DNA of 32,000 nucleotides, taken from NCBI GenBank assembly GCA_041662745.1, contig JBAZRV010000005.1, forward strand, positions 1 to 32,000, in the 5' to 3' direction. The notes beneath the pieces are model-generated. The model saw only the letters and a list, made by a program, of their open reading frames with translations, ran no database searches and was not told where the DNA came from. Numbering within the stretch: the first letter of the stretch is position 1; every line of letters begins with the position of its first letter. Origin of the DNA: Patescibacteria group bacterium (GTDB lineage Bacteria > Patescibacteriota > Patescibacteriia > 2-01-FULL-39-33). Shown here in pieces: positions 29,166 through 32,000 of the stretch. The position numbers were made by a program, and so were the translations under genes.

Positions 29166-31091
29166 CTAAACCGCTGATTTCTTTTTGATCAGCTCGGACA
29201 GCTCCAAATAAATATTCTCGGCTGACGCAGTGTCGCCGGTTTTCTCCGCTTCATCCAACTTTAGCTTGAGGCGGGAAATCATGACGTTAAAATAGTTGCT
29301 TTTAAGCAACCTGATAAGGGTATCAAGTTCATTTTTCGCTTCTTTGGCGTCCAGACCGGCAAAATCCTTCTGCGCCAAAAGATACGATTGTTCGAGTGTT
29401 TTAAGCGCCAGCTCGCTCACGGCTTGGGTTTTGACCCAGTCATAAAACAGGTCAAATATGGTTTGTTCCTCCCGTTCGGCGGCGCTGATGGAAAACAGTT
29501 CGTTATTTACAGTATAAAATAAAATAATTTTTTTGTAAAGATCTTCGGCCAACGGATCAATCCAAAGTTCCGGTTCAAGGTAATCGCCCAATTTGGCCAA
29601 AAAGTCGGGAAACATCCAAATTAACGCCAAAACCCTCATAAACATCAACAAATCCCGGTCATTTATCGTATTCTGAGGCGCGGCTTGCCTAACGGCATCC
29701 TGGGGCCTGACAGGGGCCTTGGACGGGGCTTTTTGGACATTCTTAAGCTGGGAAACGCGATCCCGAAAATCATCCTCCCGAATGTTGAGCCGATTGCCGA
29801 TTTCATGGATCCAGTAGCCTCTTTCAACGGGGTCATCAATTTTGGCTATCTTTTCGCCGAGAAAAGAAGCGATTTGTTTTTTTACCGCCAGATCATTCGG
29901 GTCTTTGTCCTTGACCGTTGACTGCCAAAAATATTCCAGCGCCGGTTGCGCTTTATTAATCGCCTCCGCCCAATCCGCCGGATTATTCTTCAGGCACTCA
30001 TCGGGATCTTTGCCGCTGGGAATGGTAATGACTTTGGAATTATAATTCAGGGCCGGATCAATGAACTGCGACAGCTTGCCGTGCCTGTCAAGGGAACTGA
30101 CAATCCTGTCTTCCTTCTCAATATCCCGAACCAGCTCTTCGCCGCGATCGGTGGCTTTCTGGCCGGCCGAATCGGCGTCCAAAGCGAAATAAATATTATT
30201 AGTGTAACGCTTGAGCAATTGCAACTGATCTTTGGTCAAAGCCGTACCCGAAGAAGCGACCGTGTTTTTGAAACCGTATTGATGGCAACTGACCGCATCC
30301 ATTTGGCCCTCCACCACCACGGCGCAGTCCTGTTTTCTGATTTCATTCTTGGCTTGATACAAGGCAAAGACGATGGCGCTTTTGTTGTAAATATCGGTCT
30401 GAGGCGTATTGACGTATTTGGCCGGCTCGTCTTTGGACAATGTCCGGCCGGTGAAACCGCAGACTCGGCCGTTGTGGTCAACGATGGGAAACATGATGCG
30501 ATTCCGGAAACGGTCATAATACCCGCTTCCCCGATCCTTCCTGATGGTAAACCCGGCGGAAAATATTTCCTGTTCGGCGAACCCCCGCTTCCTCAAAAAC
30601 TCAAACAGATTGCTCCAGTCGTCAATGGCATAACCGATTTTAAAATTCTCCATCGTTTCTTCACTGACGCTCCGGCCGGCCAGATAATCGCGCGCCGTTT
30701 GCGCCCGCGGAGATTCTTGCAACACTTTCTGCCAATACCGGGCGGCCAAATCGCAAACATCGTACAGATTGTTTTTTCTGCTGGCGATTTCCGGCCGATG
30801 GCGCGACAAAGTAACGCCGGCTTTCTGCGCTAAGATTTTCAAGGCTTCGGGAAAATCCATGTTTTCCAGCTTCATCAGGAATTCAAAAATATCTCCGCCC
30901 GCACCGCAACCGAAGCAATGCCAACTGCCCCGGGCCGGCGAGACCATTAGCGACGGCGTCTTCTCATTATGGAAGGGGCAGAGCGCTTTGTACGCTCCCG
31001 CGCCGGCCGGCACCAATTTCAAGTATTCGCCGAGGAGCTCGGCGACGTCAATCTTGGCTTTGATTTGTTCTATTTCGGGACTGGAAGACAT
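29166..31091 (-). CDS. dnaG: DNA primase
   Basis: A CHC2 zinc finger (CPFHNEKTPSLMVS...WHCFGCGAGGD) and a TOPRIM segment (VVVEGQMDAV...DADSAGQKA). The dnaG-rpoD order matches the conserved macromolecular-synthesis operon. Confidence 0.9.
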   Translation of the reverse strand: MSSSPEIEQIKAKIDVAELLGEYLKLVPAGAGAYKALCPFHNEKTPSLMVSPARGSWHCFGCGAGGDIFEFLMKLENMDFPEALKILAQKAGVTLSRHRPEIASRKNNLYDVCDLAARYWQKVLQESPRAQTARDYLAGRSVSEETMENFKIGYAIDDWSNLFEFLRKRGFAEQEIFSAGFTIRKDRGSGYYDRFRNRIMFPIVDHNGRVCGFTGRTLSKDEPAKYVNTPQTDIYNKSAIVFALYQAKNEIRKQDCAVVVEGQMDAVSCHQYGFKNTVASSGTALTKDQLQLLKRYTNNIYFALDADSAGQKATDRGEELVRDIEKEDRIVSSLDRHGKLSQFIDPALNYNSKVITIPSGKDPDECLKNNPADWAEAINKAQPALEYFWQSTVKDKDPNDLAVKKQIASFLGEKIAKIDDPVERGYWIHEIGNRLNIREDDFRDRVSQLKNVQKAPSKAPVRPQDAVRQAAPQNTINDRDLLMFMRVLALIWMFPDFLAKLGDYLEPELWIDPLAEDLYKKIILFYTVNNELFSISAAEREEQTIFDLFYDWVKTQAVSELALKTLEQSYLLAQKDFAGLDAKEAKNELDTLIRLLKSNYFNVMISRLKLKLDEAEKTGDTASAENIYLELSELIKKKSAV

Positions 31092-31240
31092 ATTATTACT
31101 TAGATATCATACAATAAATACGCCGGTTTAAGCAATATTGACAAGAGGCGCTTAAAAATGATAATATCCGACATTAGAGTTCTTTACAACTGAACAGAAA
31201 AACATAAACAAAACCGCCCACGGGCAAGAAGGAGAAAAAC

Positions 31241-31807
31241 ATGGATTTAATGTGTAACGACGCAATCAGGGCGACGCTTGGGTCTTTTGCGGATGTGAGA
31301 TATAAATATTTGGACTGGGGCTTGTTCCTTATCAGTGGTCCAAACAGTGCTGAAAGAGCTGAGATTCTGGCCAAGATAAAACGCCAGCTTCAATTTAATT
31401 TGGATCAAACCTTGATAATTACCGCCATGACGCAATTTTCAAACGGTCAACTGTTAGTCAATTTTGATTCTGTTACCGCTCCAGCCAACCCCTCCATCAA
31501 TCTTTCTGCCGATCCTCCGGCCGGTCCTTCCGTTGATCTTCCCGCCTGTCCTTCCACCAATCTTCCCGCCGAAAATAAAAAAAGGATTTTTCTTTACCAC
31601 GCCTATGATAGCAGTGGCAGAAAACCGGAACAAGGGACGATAATGGTTATCGCTACCGATGTAAACGCGGCTGATGAAACTTTAGCCGCCGCCGGGAAAA
31701 AATTAGCACTCTCTACGAATAGTATCTGCTGGGGTTGCGAGCTTAATGGCGTTGCCCTGCAAGAAACAAACGGCAATATCATCGCCTTGTTACCGCCATC
31801 GTATTAA
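31241..31807 (+). CDS. hypothetical protein with a short proline-rich repeat
   Basis: 188-aa ORF. It contains the repeated PSINLSADPPAGPSVDLPACPSTNLPAE segment (31490-31575). No family was recognised, and the start is uncertain. Confidence 0.4.
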   Translation: MDLMCNDAIRATLGSFADVRYKYLDWGLFLISGPNSAERAEILAKIKRQLQFNLDQTLIITAMTQFSNGQLLVNFDSVTAPANPSINLSADPPAGPSVDLPACPSTNLPAENKKRIFLYHAYDSSGRKPEQGTIMVIATDVNAADETLAAAGKKLALSTNSICWGCELNGVALQETNGNIIALLPPSY

Positions 31808-31837
31808 GTTGAGGCAAAAAAACGAAGGGAGGAAGAA

Positions 31838-32000
31838 ATGAAAAACCATACAAGCGAAGCCAAGGATGAGCAGGGTACTCTCGGACAATTGTTGCGGGAA
31901 AAAGTCAAAGCCGGCAAACAAGCAAGGGAAGCTAAGGAACAAGAAGAACAACGCAAACGACTGGAACCGTTTATTAGCCGAGCTAACGATCTGATCAAGG
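31838..32000 (+). CDS. 5' part of a hypothetical gene running off the right edge
   Basis: The ATG at 31838 is preceded by GGGAGG (31827-31832). It reads MKNHTSEAKDEQGTLGQLLREKVKAGKQAREAKEQEEQRKRLEPFISRANDLIK and is open to the window end. Confidence 0.4.
   Translation, partial: MKNHTSEAKDEQGTLGQLLREKVKAGKQAREAKEQEEQRKRLEPFISRANDLIK

Noticed and set aside
1-32000. CRISPR arrays, rRNA genes, or complete IS elements with terminal inverted repeats.
   Set aside because: I found no regularly spaced short direct repeats, no rRNA-like conserved stretches, and no transposase ORFs while reading both strands.

Overview
The window holds two kinds of sequence. (1) Core-like flanks. The left flank (1-12.2 kb) carries a GT2 glycosyltransferase plus aroE, and an operon of archaeal-type SAM synthetase plus an HPr-kinase-like P-loop protein, followed by an HD/SpoT-like hydrolase. 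It also carries TspO with small membrane proteins, an LPXTG surface protein with its sortase, a decayed histidine-kinase remnant, and an msrA-msrB-molybdoenzyme cluster. The right flank (27.5-32 kb) carries tRNA-Asn, rpoD and dnaG. Compact, mostly minus-strand operons, textbook TTGACA-17-TAnAAT promoters and the gene content suggest a small-genome, possibly CPR/Patescibacteria-like bacterium; this is inference only. (2) An accessory island of about 15 kb (about 12.26-27.55 kb), bracketed by direct repeats that include the last 16 nt of tRNA-Asn. The island is compositionally mosaic, with very AT-rich blocks at about 12.7-14.9 kb and 20.7-22.2 kb. It looks like a defence or phage-remnant island and contains: a tightly coupled three-gene operon (Schlafen/AlbA_2-domain protein, unknown protein, membrane protein); an orphan promoter-structured RNA-terminator unit; a ParB-domain DNA methyltransferase flanked by two terminase-small-subunit-like HTH proteins; a NucS-like PD-(D/E)xK nuclease; a large serine recombinase preceded by a roughly 130-nt nested hairpin; a stand-alone Abi/UG-type reverse transcriptase co-oriented with vsr; a C5-methyltransferase fused in-frame to a complete LexA-type self-cleaving repressor; a convergent putative restriction endonuclease; and a small-ORF/GNAT/asparaginase operon. 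The most unusual items are the LexA-Dcm fusion with its divergent vsr-RT unit, the AlbA_2 three-gene operon, and the noncoding structures and tRNA-derived debris at the island ends. All calls rest on reading motifs by eye. No database search or folding computation was run.
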